A stretch of DNA of 64,000 nucleotides from Bacteroidota bacterium (GCA_041163745.1 JBEAQU010000032.1:1454-65453); one strand, 5' to 3'. Positions 17,016-27,299 are shown, counted from the stretch's first letter. Notes: generated by a model from the sequence alone, not told the origin. Numbers and translations: made by a program.

Positions 17016-19460
17016 ATGAACCGATTTACCCTCCTGCTCCCGTGGATAGCGGTAGCGCTTACCTCCGCAACCGCCCAAGATCCTTCCGTCGTACGGCAGC
17101 TCCTGGCGACCCGATCCTTCCAAGCCTTGCGGACTGCCCAGCCGACGGAAATCCGATTTCTCCCGGAAAACCGGCTTTCGGAGCCGGCTTTCCACCTGCC
17201 ACGCCCCCAGATACCCACCACCGGCAGTGTGGTGGTGCGCAATGCCGATCCGGATCTGCTGGACTCCGTCTACGTCTACCGATACGACAGCCTGCTCGGC
17301 ACCTGGTACCCGCAACAGCGGACCATCCATCGATACGACAGCGAAAGCAGGCGCCTGGAAACCCTACAGCACCGGCAGGACAAGGACGGAGCAGGCTGGC
17401 AGGAGGAACTGTGGATCCTGTACACCTACGATATCAAGAGCAGGGAAATCCACCGCCTCACCAGCCACTGGTCCGAATACTTCTCCACCTGGCAGCCGGC
17501 TTTGTCGGACTCGACAGCCTACGACGACCTGGGGCGACCTATCCGGTTCATGGAACAGGCCTGGCACTTCGCCACCTCCAACTGGCTGCATACCCGGCAG
17601 CACCTCCTGCAGTACGACTCAGCGGGCCGCCTGCATAGCCGCACGGAACAGCATTGGGACAACAACACCTGGCGGAACCACCGGCGTGAACACTTCAGCT
17701 ACCTACTGCCGGCCGACACCCTGGAGATACTGTCCGAGCGACCAGACCCGACCAACAATGACGACTGGATGCCAGACAAACGGGTCGAATTCGAATACGG
17801 TAGCAACGGATTCCTCTCGGAGAAACGGCACAGCCTGTGGAACGCCACGTCAGGATGGGTGCTACGGCAACGGCAACAATTCCAATACCAAGGAACCGCC
17901 CTCACCAATGCGGTCGATTACCTGCAGGAAACATCCGGCTGGTATCCATACCGACGGGAACAATACCAATACGAAGCCGGCGGATGGCTGGCCGGCATCG
18001 TCACCCAGCAATGGGATCCTTTCATCAGCGACTGGCGCAACACCTTCCGGGAGGAAAGGGTCCCGGATGAGCAGGGACGTCTGCAAACACGCCACCTGTT
18101 TCCCTGGGAGCCCTCGGCGTACGGCTTGGTCAACTCGGTCCGGACCTTGCTGTCCTACAACAACAAAGGTGATACGGTATCGAGCCTGACCCAACACTGG
18201 AACGACCTCGCCCTGCAATGGATCCCTGCCTGGCGGGAACAACACAAGCACAACGGCAACGGGCAGCCGACCCTCTCCACCCTTGTCCGTTGGGACCCCG
18301 CCGCCAGCCAATGGGTCTTCGAATCGAGGCTGCTTTCGGCCTACCTTCCGGACGGACAACCGGAAGTCTCCCGGTACCAACGCTGGCGACCGGACGGACA
18401 GACCTGGGAAGATACCTACCGGCTGACCTATGCATATAACCAGCAAGGAAAACCGATCGCCATCGTATTCCAGACGAAAGGCTCCGACGGCGGCTGGCAT
18501 CCATTGACCCAATCCGTTTACGAATACCATCCCAGCGGCCAAACCGCCGTTTTCCGGCACCAGCTCTACCAGGAAGGATCCGGCTGGATCAATGAGTACC
18601 AACACCGCTACACCTACAATTCCGAAAACCTGCTATGGGAAGACGAGCTGGCCTGGTGGGATGCCGACAACAGCACATGGGCCCCCACGGAACGGACGCA
18701 TCACCTGTACAACCCGTCCGGATTGGTCAGCCAGCGCGTCGAACAGCGGATGGACCAGGACTGGGTCAACGAATTCCGCAGCCTGTTCCTGTACGACATC
18801 AACGGTCTCCTGCTCGAGGAACTGCGGCAGGAATGGGAACCGGTCCTGTACACCTGGCGCAACGAACTGCGAAACCACCGACAGTACAACCAAACGGGCA
18901 TCCTGCTGCAGCGACACCGTTCCCGTTGGAACATTTTGGCTGACAATTGGGAATCTTCCGAAAAGACGGATTACCTGTACAATGCCGCCCTACAGCTGAC
19001 AGGCAGCACCACCTCGCGATGGGACGGGGACAATGTCGGCTGGACGGCGACGGAAGCCACCCTGATCGGGTACGACTTGCTGGGACATGCTGCGGACCAG
19101 CTTTCACAACGCCGCGGACCGATGGCCTGGGCATGGATGCCGTACCGCCAGGAGGAATTTTTCTGGCGTGCCGCTCTCTCCGCCACGGATCCCGGGGCAC
19201 CCCCCCTGCTGTCCGCTGCCTGCGACTGCCGGTACGCCAATCCCTACCGGTTCGGCAGCCCCATCCGCTGCGAAGGCCTGCCGGAAGGGCCTTGGGAAAT
19301 GCGGCTATACCACCCTACCGGGACGACGGTCGTACGGCAAACTTTCCACACGGCAGGCGACTTCGTCATCAACGGACCGTTCCCGGCGGGCATGTACCTG
19401 CTGGTCATCCACCAACAAGGAAAACCCATCTACCATGGGAAAATACTGCTGGGTGGCTGA
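17016..19460 (+). CDS. secreted YD/Trp-rich repeat protein with T9SS C-terminal sorting domain
   Basis: ATG 17016 gives the signal peptide MNRFTLLLPWIAVALTSATAQ. Roughly twenty ~31-aa repeats follow (YDxxGRxxxxxxxxWxxxxxxWxxxxR). The C-terminus PAGMYLLVIHQQGKPIYHGKILL is T9SS CTD-like. Confidence 0.8.
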   Translation: MNRFTLLLPWIAVALTSATAQDPSVVRQLLATRSFQALRTAQPTEIRFLPENRLSEPAFHLPRPQIPTTGSVVVRNADPDLLDSVYVYRYDSLLGTWYPQQRTIHRYDSESRRLETLQHRQDKDGAGWQEELWILYTYDIKSREIHRLTSHWSEYFSTWQPALSDSTAYDDLGRPIRFMEQAWHFATSNWLHTRQHLLQYDSAGRLHSRTEQHWDNNTWRNHRREHFSYLLPADTLEILSERPDPTNNDDWMPDKRVEFEYGSNGFLSEKRHSLWNATSGWVLRQRQQFQYQGTALTNAVDYLQETSGWYPYRREQYQYEAGGWLAGIVTQQWDPFISDWRNTFREERVPDEQGRLQTRHLFPWEPSAYGLVNSVRTLLSYNNKGDTVSSLTQHWNDLALQWIPAWREQHKHNGNGQPTLSTLVRWDPAASQWVFESRLLSAYLPDGQPEVSRYQRWRPDGQTWEDTYRLTYAYNQQGKPIAIVFQTKGSDGGWHPLTQSVYEYHPSGQTAVFRHQLYQEGSGWINEYQHRYTYNSENLLWEDELAWWDADNSTWAPTERTHHLYNPSGLVSQRVEQRMDQDWVNEFRSLFLYDINGLLLEELRQEWEPVLYTWRNELRNHRQYNQTGILLQRHRSRWNILADNWESSEKTDYLYNAALQLTGSTTSRWDGDNVGWTATEATLIGYDLLGHAADQLSQRRGPMAWAWMPYRQEEFFWRAALSATDPGAPPLLSAACDCRYANPYRFGSPIRCEGLPEGPWEMRLYHPTGTTVVRQTFHTAGDFVINGPFPAGMYLLVIHQQGKPIYHGKILLGG

Positions 19461-19528
19461 GCATGCGGACCGGAAGCGGCTGAGACGCCGAAAACCCTAT
19501 GAAACTTGACATCATCCCATAACACGGG

Positions 19529-19559
19529 AAGGGGAAGCCATCTTGTATGGCTTCCCCTT
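19529..19559. terminator. hairpin between convergent genes
   Basis: AAGGGGAAGCCAT-CTTGT-ATGGCTTCCCCTT is a 13-bp perfect stem lying between the stops at 19460 (+) and 19654 (-). Confidence 0.4.
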
Positions 19560-19653
19560 TGCCGTCGGCCGCTTTCCGAAACCGGAAGACAGCGCGTCAC
19601 AGGCGTTGCGAAGCGATGGCGGCCGACACGATTCGGGAGCAAAAAGCAACCCC

Positions 19654-20703
19654 TCAGGGAAACCAATACGGAGGACGTTCGACCGAACTGAGCGGGATGA
19701 CCCTACAATCCCGGCATTCCGGGTATTGGGGGCGGAAAGGAGCCGGGGAACAGCGGGGCTGGATGGGGGTGCCTACGGTGACGGCATTGAGGAACTCCCT
19801 GCGGGAGCGGACCCCTGCGACTGAAAAATAGCCGAGCACCACCTCGTCGGGGTCCGCAGCATTATAGAGATTGCCTGTGACCGTCCCGGGAGGAGGATCG
19901 AACAGACTGCCGTCGATATTGACGATGTCCCGAACCTGTTCCCAATAGCGGTATTCCGTTTCCGAAATGGCGAACTGATAGAGACTCAGGCAGTATTGGA
20001 AGGCAAAGCGGTAATCGTATTTCAGTTGTAGGAAGGGTTCGTTGAAAAGGCGCCCGTCCGCCAGTTCATGTGTGTCGAAGACCTTGATATTGTTGAAATC
20101 AATATTGTGGGGGATGTAGCAGATTTTACGGTCCATGATGCCGGGATAGTCCTCCCCGAACTCATATTCACCGGTGGCCCGCCAGCGCAGGTAGGGCTTT
20201 TCCGGCAGTTCGCCGACATCGGTGTTCATCCCCACCGAGAGTTTGTACTCGTAGATGTTCCTGCCGGTGGAACTGACGGCCAGGGACTGGGTGACCTGCA
20301 GGGTCGGTGCCTCCAGGACGGGAGATGCCTGCAGGATGGCCGGCCGGCAGCGGATGTCCTTTCCGTCGGGCAGCCGCAATTCCAGGTGGTAGGATTGTCC
20401 GGGGGTGCCGCGGAACCGGCGGGTGTACACCCCCTCGTCCGTTTCCTCGAAATCCAATCCATTTCCGTCGCCGTCCACCACCCGGACTGTCGCCCCGATG
20501 ACAGGCTCCTTGATATTGTCCGAACCGAATCCCAGCACCGCGCTGTAATAAACCGAGACACGTTGGTCCTGGAGGCTGTCCGTCAGCATACCATCCACGG
20601 CGAGGTACCGGATATCCGAATCGATATCCAAACGGATTTCGTCGATGCAGCCGGAAACCAGCAGACAGACGGTGAGGAGCAGCGGCAGGGGATTGTTTTT
20701 CAT
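19654..20703 (-). CDS. DUF4249-like lipoprotein
   Basis: ATG 20703 gives MKNNPLPLLLTVCLLVSGC (lipobox). The overall layout resembles DUF4249 proteins. ORF-track start 20727 is GTG. Confidence 0.7.
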   Translation of the reverse strand: MKNNPLPLLLTVCLLVSGCIDEIRLDIDSDIRYLAVDGMLTDSLQDQRVSVYYSAVLGFGSDNIKEPVIGATVRVVDGDGNGLDFEETDEGVYTRRFRGTPGQSYHLELRLPDGKDIRCRPAILQASPVLEAPTLQVTQSLAVSSTGRNIYEYKLSVGMNTDVGELPEKPYLRWRATGEYEFGEDYPGIMDRKICYIPHNIDFNNIKVFDTHELADGRLFNEPFLQLKYDYRFAFQYCLSLYQFAISETEYRYWEQVRDIVNIDGSLFDPPPGTVTGNLYNAADPDEVVLGYFSVAGVRSRREFLNAVTVGTPIQPRCSPAPFRPQYPECRDCRVIPLSSVERPPYWFP

Positions 20704-20877
20704 AAGCTTGGCATAGGATGGCCGCACAAAATAACAACAAGTCCGGAGAAATTTCGGAAATTCCGCCAGTCAATTGGCGTTGTGGAAGCATTCACGAACC
20801 AGACACAAGGGTCGGTCGGAGCCTCGGCCCGGTCTGTAAGCGGGGCACGCGCCGACAACCACGCTAAAAAAGCAAGC

Positions 20878-22482
20878 ATGACAAGAACGACTTTATTGAC
20901 GACCGCGGCCATGGCAGCGCTCAGCGCCTGTTTGTCCTGCGGAGGAGAAGGCGACCCGACCGGGCCGGGTGCCGGCCGCGACACCCCATACCGGGAACAA
21001 CATCGGCCGCAGTTCCATTTCTCTCCGCCGGCCAAATGGACCAACGACCCCAACGGCATGTTTTACTACGAAGGGGAATATCACCTATTCTACCAGCATT
21101 ATCCGGAGGAAAGCGTGTGGGGCCCGATGCATTGGGGGCACGCCGTCAGCCGGGACCTGGTCCATTGGGAGAATCTGCCCATCGCCTTGTATCCGGATTC
21201 GCTGGGCTACATCTTTTCCGGATCGGCTGTGGTGGATTGGAACAACACCAGCGGATTCGGCGCGGAGGAGCAGGTGCCCATCGTCGCCATGTACACCTAC
21301 CACGACGATGCCGCGGCCAAGGCAGGCAGCACAGGTTTCCAATCGCAGGCCCTGGCATACAGCCTGGACAAGGGACGTACCTGGACAAAGTACGAGGGCA
21401 ATCCCGTTCTGCCCAACCCGGGAGGAGTCCGCGACATCCGGGACCCCAAGGTGATATGGGACGAAGCCAGGAGACAATGGGTGGCAGCCCTGGCAGTAGG
21501 AGACCACGCCGCCTTCTACGGGTCTCCCGACCTGAAGCGGTGGCGCCTGCTCAGCGAATTCGGCAGTGACCTGGGTGCGCATGGCGGTGTGTGGGAATGT
21601 CCGGACCTGTTCCCAATGCGGGTCGAAGCTACGGGGGAAACGAAATGGGTGCTGATAATCAACATCAATCCGGGTCATCCGAACGGAGGCTCCGGCACCC
21701 AGTACTTCGTCGGCAATTTCGATGGCCGGGAGTTCCGTCCCGACCCGGATTTCATGCCGTGGGTTGCGGATGGCAAAGCGGTCTGGCTGGACTACGGCAA
21801 GGACAACTATGCCGGGGTCACCTGGTCGGACGTACCGGCGGGCCGGCGCATCCTGCTCGGCTGGATGAGCAATTGGGAATACGCCAACCAGGTGCCCACC
21901 GAGGGCTGGCGCAATGCCATGACGATACCCCGCGAGCTGACCCTCCGCCGGACTCCGCAGGGATACCGGCTTCATTCCGTCCCGGTGGCGGAGCTGTCTG
22001 CCCTGGCCTTGTCCACCCATGCCATACCGCGCCCCGATTCCCTGACGGGTGGTATTCCGGTCGTAACCTCGGAAGGCCCGGTGCTGCTGGACATCACGCA
22101 TACCTGGAACCTTGGGGCTGACCGGCAGGGTATAGTCGGGCTGGAACTTAGCAATCCGGCCGGAGAGCGGTACCGGATGGGCTACGACCTGGCAAGAAAC
22201 CAGTTCTTCAGCGACCGGACCCAAGCGGGGGACAGTGGTTTTTCGGCCAGCTTCGCTCCGGTGGCGAGCCTTGCCCCCCGCAGCAGGACAGACAGCATCC
22301 TGACCATGCGGATCCTTGTCGATGCAGCCAGTGCGGAGTTGTTCGCCGACGAAGGGTCCGTCAGCATGACGGAGATTTTCTTCCCCCGCACCCCTTTCAC
22401 CGCCGCCCGGCTCTTTGCGGAAGGGGCGTCGGACGTTCGCCTGCGGGAAGCCAACTACCGGCCGCTGGCATCGATTTGGTGA
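20878..22482 (+). CDS. glycoside hydrolase family 32 (levanase/invertase-type beta-fructofuranosidase), lipoprotein
   Basis: ATG 20878 gives MTRTTLLTTAAMAALSAC (lipobox). All three GH32 catalytic motifs are present: WTNDPNG, IRDPKV and WECPDLF. The upstream part of ORF 20068..22482 is antisense to DUF4249. Confidence 0.9.
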   Translation: MTRTTLLTTAAMAALSACLSCGGEGDPTGPGAGRDTPYREQHRPQFHFSPPAKWTNDPNGMFYYEGEYHLFYQHYPEESVWGPMHWGHAVSRDLVHWENLPIALYPDSLGYIFSGSAVVDWNNTSGFGAEEQVPIVAMYTYHDDAAAKAGSTGFQSQALAYSLDKGRTWTKYEGNPVLPNPGGVRDIRDPKVIWDEARRQWVAALAVGDHAAFYGSPDLKRWRLLSEFGSDLGAHGGVWECPDLFPMRVEATGETKWVLIININPGHPNGGSGTQYFVGNFDGREFRPDPDFMPWVADGKAVWLDYGKDNYAGVTWSDVPAGRRILLGWMSNWEYANQVPTEGWRNAMTIPRELTLRRTPQGYRLHSVPVAELSALALSTHAIPRPDSLTGGIPVVTSEGPVLLDITHTWNLGADRQGIVGLELSNPAGERYRMGYDLARNQFFSDRTQAGDSGFSASFAPVASLAPRSRTDSILTMRILVDAASAELFADEGSVSMTEIFFPRTPFTAARLFAEGASDVRLREANYRPLASIW

Positions 22483-22707
22483 ATGCGGAGGCCTGTCTCC
22501 GGCGGCGGGCGGAAAATTCCGCCGGGCAGGTCCGCGGCGGACGGGGAGCACCCGGACTGTTCCCGGCACACCGGTCTGGCAGTGGGTACCGGTCCGGTCT
22601 GGCAGCACCAAGCCCTCGCCCCCCTTGTCAGTAGTGGTGCCGGCCAATGCATCGGGACGGAAAGCACCCGGAAATTTCTTATCTTGGGGGAAAGAAACGA
22701 AAGGCAA

Positions 22708-24882
22708 ATGAAACGGATACTGCTTACCATCCCGTTGGTCAGTGTTGGTTGGGCGATGATGTCGCAAGCCACCGTCGCCCGGATTTGGAACGAGGCCCTG
22801 CTGCAAGCCATACGGGAGGATTTCGCCCGACCCACCGTGCATGCCCGAAACCTGTTCCACTGCAGCATTGTCATGTACGATGCCTGGGTCGTTTACGGCG
22901 GAAGGGGAGACACCTATCTGTTGGGAAAAAATCTGCATGGCTTCGATTGTCCGTTCACCGGAACGATGCCGGCGGAAGATCTCGAGGCTGCCCGGGCGGA
23001 GGCCATCAGCCATGCGGCCTACCGGCTGTTGTCGCATCGGTTCCGAAATTCCCCGAACCAGCATATCACCTTGTCCCGGTTCGACGTACTGATGGATTCC
23101 CTGGAATACGACCGTCACAACACGTCGACGGATTACCGGGCGGGGCCGGCTGAGCTGGGCAACTACCTGGCCGACCGGATGATATCCTACGGCCTGCAGG
23201 ACGGGTCCAATGAGGAAGACGGATATCAGAACCGGCATTATCAGCCGGTGAACCCGCCGCTGATCGTCGAAAACAGCGGCAATGCGGCACTGACCGACAT
23301 CAACCGTTGGCAGCCATTGTCCTTGCGGCAGCTCATCGACCAATCCGGCAACCCGATCGCCGGCAACGTCCAGCAGTTCCTGAGTCCGGAATGGGGGGCC
23401 GTCCGTCCGTTCGCCTTACGACCCGAAGACCGTGTCCTGTACCGGCGTGACAGCTTCGACTATCCCGTATACTTCGACCCGGGTCCGCCCCCGCAACTGG
23501 ACACCCTCCAGGGCGGTGGGACATCCGACCATTTCCGGTGGGGGCATCTGCTCGTTTCGGCCTGGGGGAGTCATCTCGACCCTTCGGACGGCATTTGGTG
23601 GGACATATCGCCGGGTGCCGTCGGCAACCGGACGGAAGAGCCCACCCAGTGGAGCGAGTACCCATCCTTTTACGACCTGGCGGAAGGAGGCGACGACAGC
23701 CCGGGGCATCCGATCAATCCGTATACCGGCCAACCCTATGCGCCGCAGATAGTCCCGCGCGGTGATTATACGCGCGTATTGGCGGAATTTTGGGCGGACG
23801 GTCCGCATTCCGAAACACCACCGGGACATTGGTTCAGCATCCTGAACCAGGTGAGCGACCATCCGGCCCTGTCGAAACGAATCGGGGGGGAAGGGCCGGT
23901 CTGTGCGGACCTGGAATGGGACGTGAAGGCTTATTTCGCATTGGGTGGCGCCCTGCACGATGTGGCGGTCTGCATTTGGGGAATCAAGGGATGGTACGAC
24001 AGTTCCAGACCGATCACCGCCTTGCGCGGCATGGCGGAGGCGGGACAAAGCCAAGACCCGACCCGACCGGGCTATCATCCGGGGGGCTTGCCGCTGGTCC
24101 CCGGCCTGTCCGCCCTGATTGAGCCGGGAGATTCCCTGGCGGGGCCGGACGGCCGGCATGTCGGGGAGGTGAAGTTGTATACCTGGCGCGGCACGAAGGC
24201 CATCGGCGACCCGTCGACCGACCGGGCCGGAGTGGGCTGGATTCGGGCCGGGGATTGGTTGTCCTACCAAAGGCCGACCTTCGTCTCACCCCCTTTCGCC
24301 GGATACCTGTCGGGGCATTCCGCATACAGCCGGGCGGCGGCGGAGGTATTGACCGCCTTGACGGGTGACCCGTATTTTCCAGGCGGGATCGGTGAGTTCC
24401 CATGCCGGAAGAACGAGTTCCTTGTCTTCGAGGAGGGTCCGGGCACGGACATCATCCTGCAGTGGGCCACCTACCGGGATGCGGCGGACCAATGCAGCCT
24501 GTCGCGGATATGGGGCGGCATCCATCCGCCGTTCGACGACATACCGGCTCGCCGGATTGGAAAGGTCATCGGAAACAAGGCCTACCAATATGCGGAGACC
24601 TTTTTCACCAGGCAGCGGATTGTTCCGGTATTCGAGGATCATGACCTGTTTCCCAATCCGAGCGCCGGCACGGTACAGGTCAGTCTTTGGCAGGAAGGGC
24701 CGGTGGACCTGCGGTTGTACGCCACGGACGGAAGGCTGGTGCTGGATCGGGAATTGGTCGTCCGGGCGGGTTCCGTCTTCCTGGACATATCGGGCTTGGT
24801 CGCCGGCACCTATTTCCTGCAGGTCGTGGGCGGGGCGAATCCGGGGGGTTGGACCGGCAGGCTGGTCATCGTACCGAAATAA
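22708..24882 (+). CDS. PAP2 / vanadium-dependent haloperoxidase-like protein with T9SS C-terminal sorting domain
   Basis: ATG 22708 gives a signal peptide. PAP2-type motifs are SSRPITALR, LSGHSAYS and SRIWGGIHPPFD. The C-terminal segment LFPNPSAGTVQVSL...GTYFLQVVG is a T9SS CTD. Confidence 0.75.
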   Translation: MKRILLTIPLVSVGWAMMSQATVARIWNEALLQAIREDFARPTVHARNLFHCSIVMYDAWVVYGGRGDTYLLGKNLHGFDCPFTGTMPAEDLEAARAEAISHAAYRLLSHRFRNSPNQHITLSRFDVLMDSLEYDRHNTSTDYRAGPAELGNYLADRMISYGLQDGSNEEDGYQNRHYQPVNPPLIVENSGNAALTDINRWQPLSLRQLIDQSGNPIAGNVQQFLSPEWGAVRPFALRPEDRVLYRRDSFDYPVYFDPGPPPQLDTLQGGGTSDHFRWGHLLVSAWGSHLDPSDGIWWDISPGAVGNRTEEPTQWSEYPSFYDLAEGGDDSPGHPINPYTGQPYAPQIVPRGDYTRVLAEFWADGPHSETPPGHWFSILNQVSDHPALSKRIGGEGPVCADLEWDVKAYFALGGALHDVAVCIWGIKGWYDSSRPITALRGMAEAGQSQDPTRPGYHPGGLPLVPGLSALIEPGDSLAGPDGRHVGEVKLYTWRGTKAIGDPSTDRAGVGWIRAGDWLSYQRPTFVSPPFAGYLSGHSAYSRAAAEVLTALTGDPYFPGGIGEFPCRKNEFLVFEEGPGTDIILQWATYRDAADQCSLSRIWGGIHPPFDDIPARRIGKVIGNKAYQYAETFFTRQRIVPVFEDHDLFPNPSAGTVQVSLWQEGPVDLRLYATDGRLVLDRELVVRAGSVFLDISGLVAGTYFLQVVGGANPGGWTGRLVIVPK

Positions 24883-24915
24883 ACGCCGGGAGGACAAAAT
24901 ACCGGACCGGCAACT

Positions 24916-24923
24916 TACATTTG
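24916..24923 (+). promoter_or_regulatory. -7 box candidate TACATTTG upstream of the sugar porter gene
   Basis: An exact TAnnTTTG match, 17 nt upstream of ATG 24940. Confidence 0.3.
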
Positions 24924-24939
24924 TCAAAACAACCGAAAC

Positions 24940-26277
24940 ATGCGACAGCACAAAGTTCTGTACTGGTCCGTCACGGTAGCCCTGGCCGGCTTCCTGTTCG
25001 GATTCGACACCATTGTCATATCCGGAGCGGACCAAGCCCTGCAGGCGCTTTGGCCGAAAGGAGAACTGTACCATGGTTTCGTCATCATGGCCTCGGCCCT
25101 GTGGGGGACGGTCATCGGCGCGATGTTCGGCAACTTTCCTACGGAGCGGATCGGCCGCAAGCGCACCCTGTTCTGGATTGGCATCCTGTATTTCGTTTCC
25201 GCGGTCGGCTCCGCCCTGGCGGAAGACCCGAATGTCTTCGCGTTGTTCCGCTTCATCGGCGGACTGGGCGTGGGTGCCTCCACGATCGCGGCGCCGGCCT
25301 TCATTTCGGAGATAGCCCCTGCCCGGGACCGGGGACGCTTGGTGATGTTCTACCAATCGTCCCTGGTCACCGGCATCCTGGTGGCATTCCTGTCGAACTA
25401 CCTGTTGAGTGCGGCTATCGAGCACGAGGCCTGGCGCTGGATGTTGGGCGTGGAGGGCATACCGGCCTTAGCGTACACGCTGTTGGTGACGAACGTTCCG
25501 GAGAGCCCACGGTGGTTGTTGGTCCGTCGGAACGACCGGGCTGCGGCGGCCCGCATCCTGTCGCAGGTGGATGCGTCGGCGGACGTGGAAGCCGAGATGG
25601 ACCGCATCCTGGCGGACCGGCCGGCGGGTCCGCGGCGGGAGACCATCTTCGCCCCTGCCTACAGGTTCCCGTTGGTACTGGCCTTTCTGGTCGCGTTCTT
25701 CAACCAATTCTCCGGCATAAACGCCTTTCTGTATTATGCGCCGAGGATATTCCAGGAAGCCGGTCTGGCGGAGAGTGCCGCCTTGCTCAGCAGCGCCGGC
25801 ATCGGCATCACCAACCTGGTCTTCACCTTGACCGGTCTGCTGCTGATAGACCGGGTGGGGCGGCGGCAGCTCATGTATGTCGGATCTGTGGGATACATCG
25901 TGTCCCTCGCCTTGGTGGCCATGGCATTCCGATACAGTTGGCAGGGGATGGCGGTTCCGCTTTTCCTGTTCATCTTCATCGCCTCCCACGCCATCGGACA
26001 GGGCTCCATCATCTGGGTATTCATTTCGGAAATTTTCCCCAACCATCTGCGGGCCGACGGGCAGGCCTTCGGCAGTTCGGTGCATTGGGTGTTGGCGGCC
26101 ATCATCCCGGCCTCCATCCCGTATCTGTTCAAAATGGTCGGACCGGCGCCTGTGTTCGCATTCTTTTCCCTGATGATGGTCCTGCAGCTGCTGTTCACCT
26201 GGCGGATGATGCCGGAGACAAAAGGCCGGTCCCTGGAGGAATTGGAACAGCTGTTGGTACGGGACAGGAGAGCCTGA
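24940..26277 (+). CDS. MFS sugar porter family transporter
   Basis: GFLFGFDTIVISGA, GRKRTLFW, PESPRWLL and PETKGRSLEELE are sugar-porter signatures. About 12 TM segments. Confidence 0.9.
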   Translation: MRQHKVLYWSVTVALAGFLFGFDTIVISGADQALQALWPKGELYHGFVIMASALWGTVIGAMFGNFPTERIGRKRTLFWIGILYFVSAVGSALAEDPNVFALFRFIGGLGVGASTIAAPAFISEIAPARDRGRLVMFYQSSLVTGILVAFLSNYLLSAAIEHEAWRWMLGVEGIPALAYTLLVTNVPESPRWLLVRRNDRAAAARILSQVDASADVEAEMDRILADRPAGPRRETIFAPAYRFPLVLAFLVAFFNQFSGINAFLYYAPRIFQEAGLAESAALLSSAGIGITNLVFTLTGLLLIDRVGRRQLMYVGSVGYIVSLALVAMAFRYSWQGMAVPLFLFIFIASHAIGQGSIIWVFISEIFPNHLRADGQAFGSSVHWVLAAIIPASIPYLFKMVGPAPVFAFFSLMMVLQLLFTWRMMPETKGRSLEELEQLLVRDRRA

Positions 26278-26396
26278 GGGGTGGCAGGGAAGGCGGTGGA
26301 CCGAACGAATCGCAAGCGGCACCGGGTGAACTACCCCAGAAAAACGGGCGAAGACAGGGTACGGACAGCCTGTGGCCCATCGAAAGCGAATACAAT

Positions 26397-27299
26397 ATGT
26401 CAGAGACAACATCCATAAAGGTCATTTGCTACGGGGAAGTGCTTTGGGACCACCTGCCCTCCGGCAGGATCGTCGGCGGAGCCCCCTTGAATGTGGCGGT
26501 TCACGCCACCCAGTTGGGCTTGCCGGCCGGAATCATCAGTCGTATCGGGGAAGACGAGGCCGGGCAGGCCCTGCTGGCGTTTCTGGCGGGAAAGGGATTG
26601 CCGACAGATTGGATGCAACGAGATCCTGCATGGCCGACCGGAGCTGTTCATGTCCGGTTGGATGAGGAGGGTTCGCCCCGGTATGAGATTGTCGAACCAT
26701 CGGCCTGGGACCATCTCGTGGCGGATGCGGATGCGGCACTTGCGGTGCGGCAGGTTGGCGTCCTGGTCTACGGCAGTCTGGCATGCCGGCGCGAGCAGAG
26801 CCTCACCGCCCTGCTGACCCTGCTCCCTTTGGCCGACCGACGTGTGTTCGACGTCAACCTTCGTCCTCCGTTCTATTCGCGGGAGTTGCTCGACACGCTG
26901 TTGTCGCTGGCTACCCTGGTGAAAATGAACGGGGAGGAACTGGACATCATAGCCGGCTGGCATGGTCTTACCGGTACGGCCTCCGAAAAGATGGCATACC
27001 TGTGCGACCGCTACAGCCTGTCCGGCATGCTGCTAACCCAGGGCGCGGAGGGTGCTTCCTACCTGGATGCAAGCGGCCTGTACCGGCATCCGGGCATCCC
27101 GGTCCGTGTATCGGACACCATCGGCAGCGGGGACGCCTTCCTCGCCGCGTTCCTGTCCCGACACCTCAAGGGATCCCCGCCGACGGAATCCCTGCGTTTC
27201 GCCTGTGCGACCGGTGCCCTCGTGGCCTCCCGTCCCGGGGGAACGCCCGACATTTCCGACCAAGCCGTTCAGGCCCTGCTGGCCGGGGGCGGTCTTTGA
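26397..27299 (+). CDS. PfkB family carbohydrate kinase (fructokinase-like)
   Basis: ATG 26397 gives MSETTSIKVICYGEVLWD...GGAPLNVA...DTIGSGDAF. Only the last 300 codons of ORF 24687..27299 are credible. Confidence 0.85.
   Translation: MSETTSIKVICYGEVLWDHLPSGRIVGGAPLNVAVHATQLGLPAGIISRIGEDEAGQALLAFLAGKGLPTDWMQRDPAWPTGAVHVRLDEEGSPRYEIVEPSAWDHLVADADAALAVRQVGVLVYGSLACRREQSLTALLTLLPLADRRVFDVNLRPPFYSRELLDTLLSLATLVKMNGEELDIIAGWHGLTGTASEKMAYLCDRYSLSGMLLTQGAEGASYLDASGLYRHPGIPVRVSDTIGSGDAFLAAFLSRHLKGSPPTESLRFACATGALVASRPGGTPDISDQAVQALLAGGGL

Noticed and set aside
20068-20877. N-terminal 270 codons of ORF 20068..22482
   Set aside because: They overlap the DUF4249 gene antisense. The GH32 protein has its own ATG with a lipoprotein signal at 20878.
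21085-23343. 752-aa minus-strand ORF
   Set aside because: It is antisense to the GH32 and PAP2-like genes, which carry catalytic motifs, so it is a shadow ORF.
24687-26396. First 570 codons of the 870-aa ORF 24687..27299
   Set aside because: They overlap the MFS sugar porter in another frame and have Arg/Gly/Pro-rich composition. Only the PfkB kinase part from ATG 26397 is credible.
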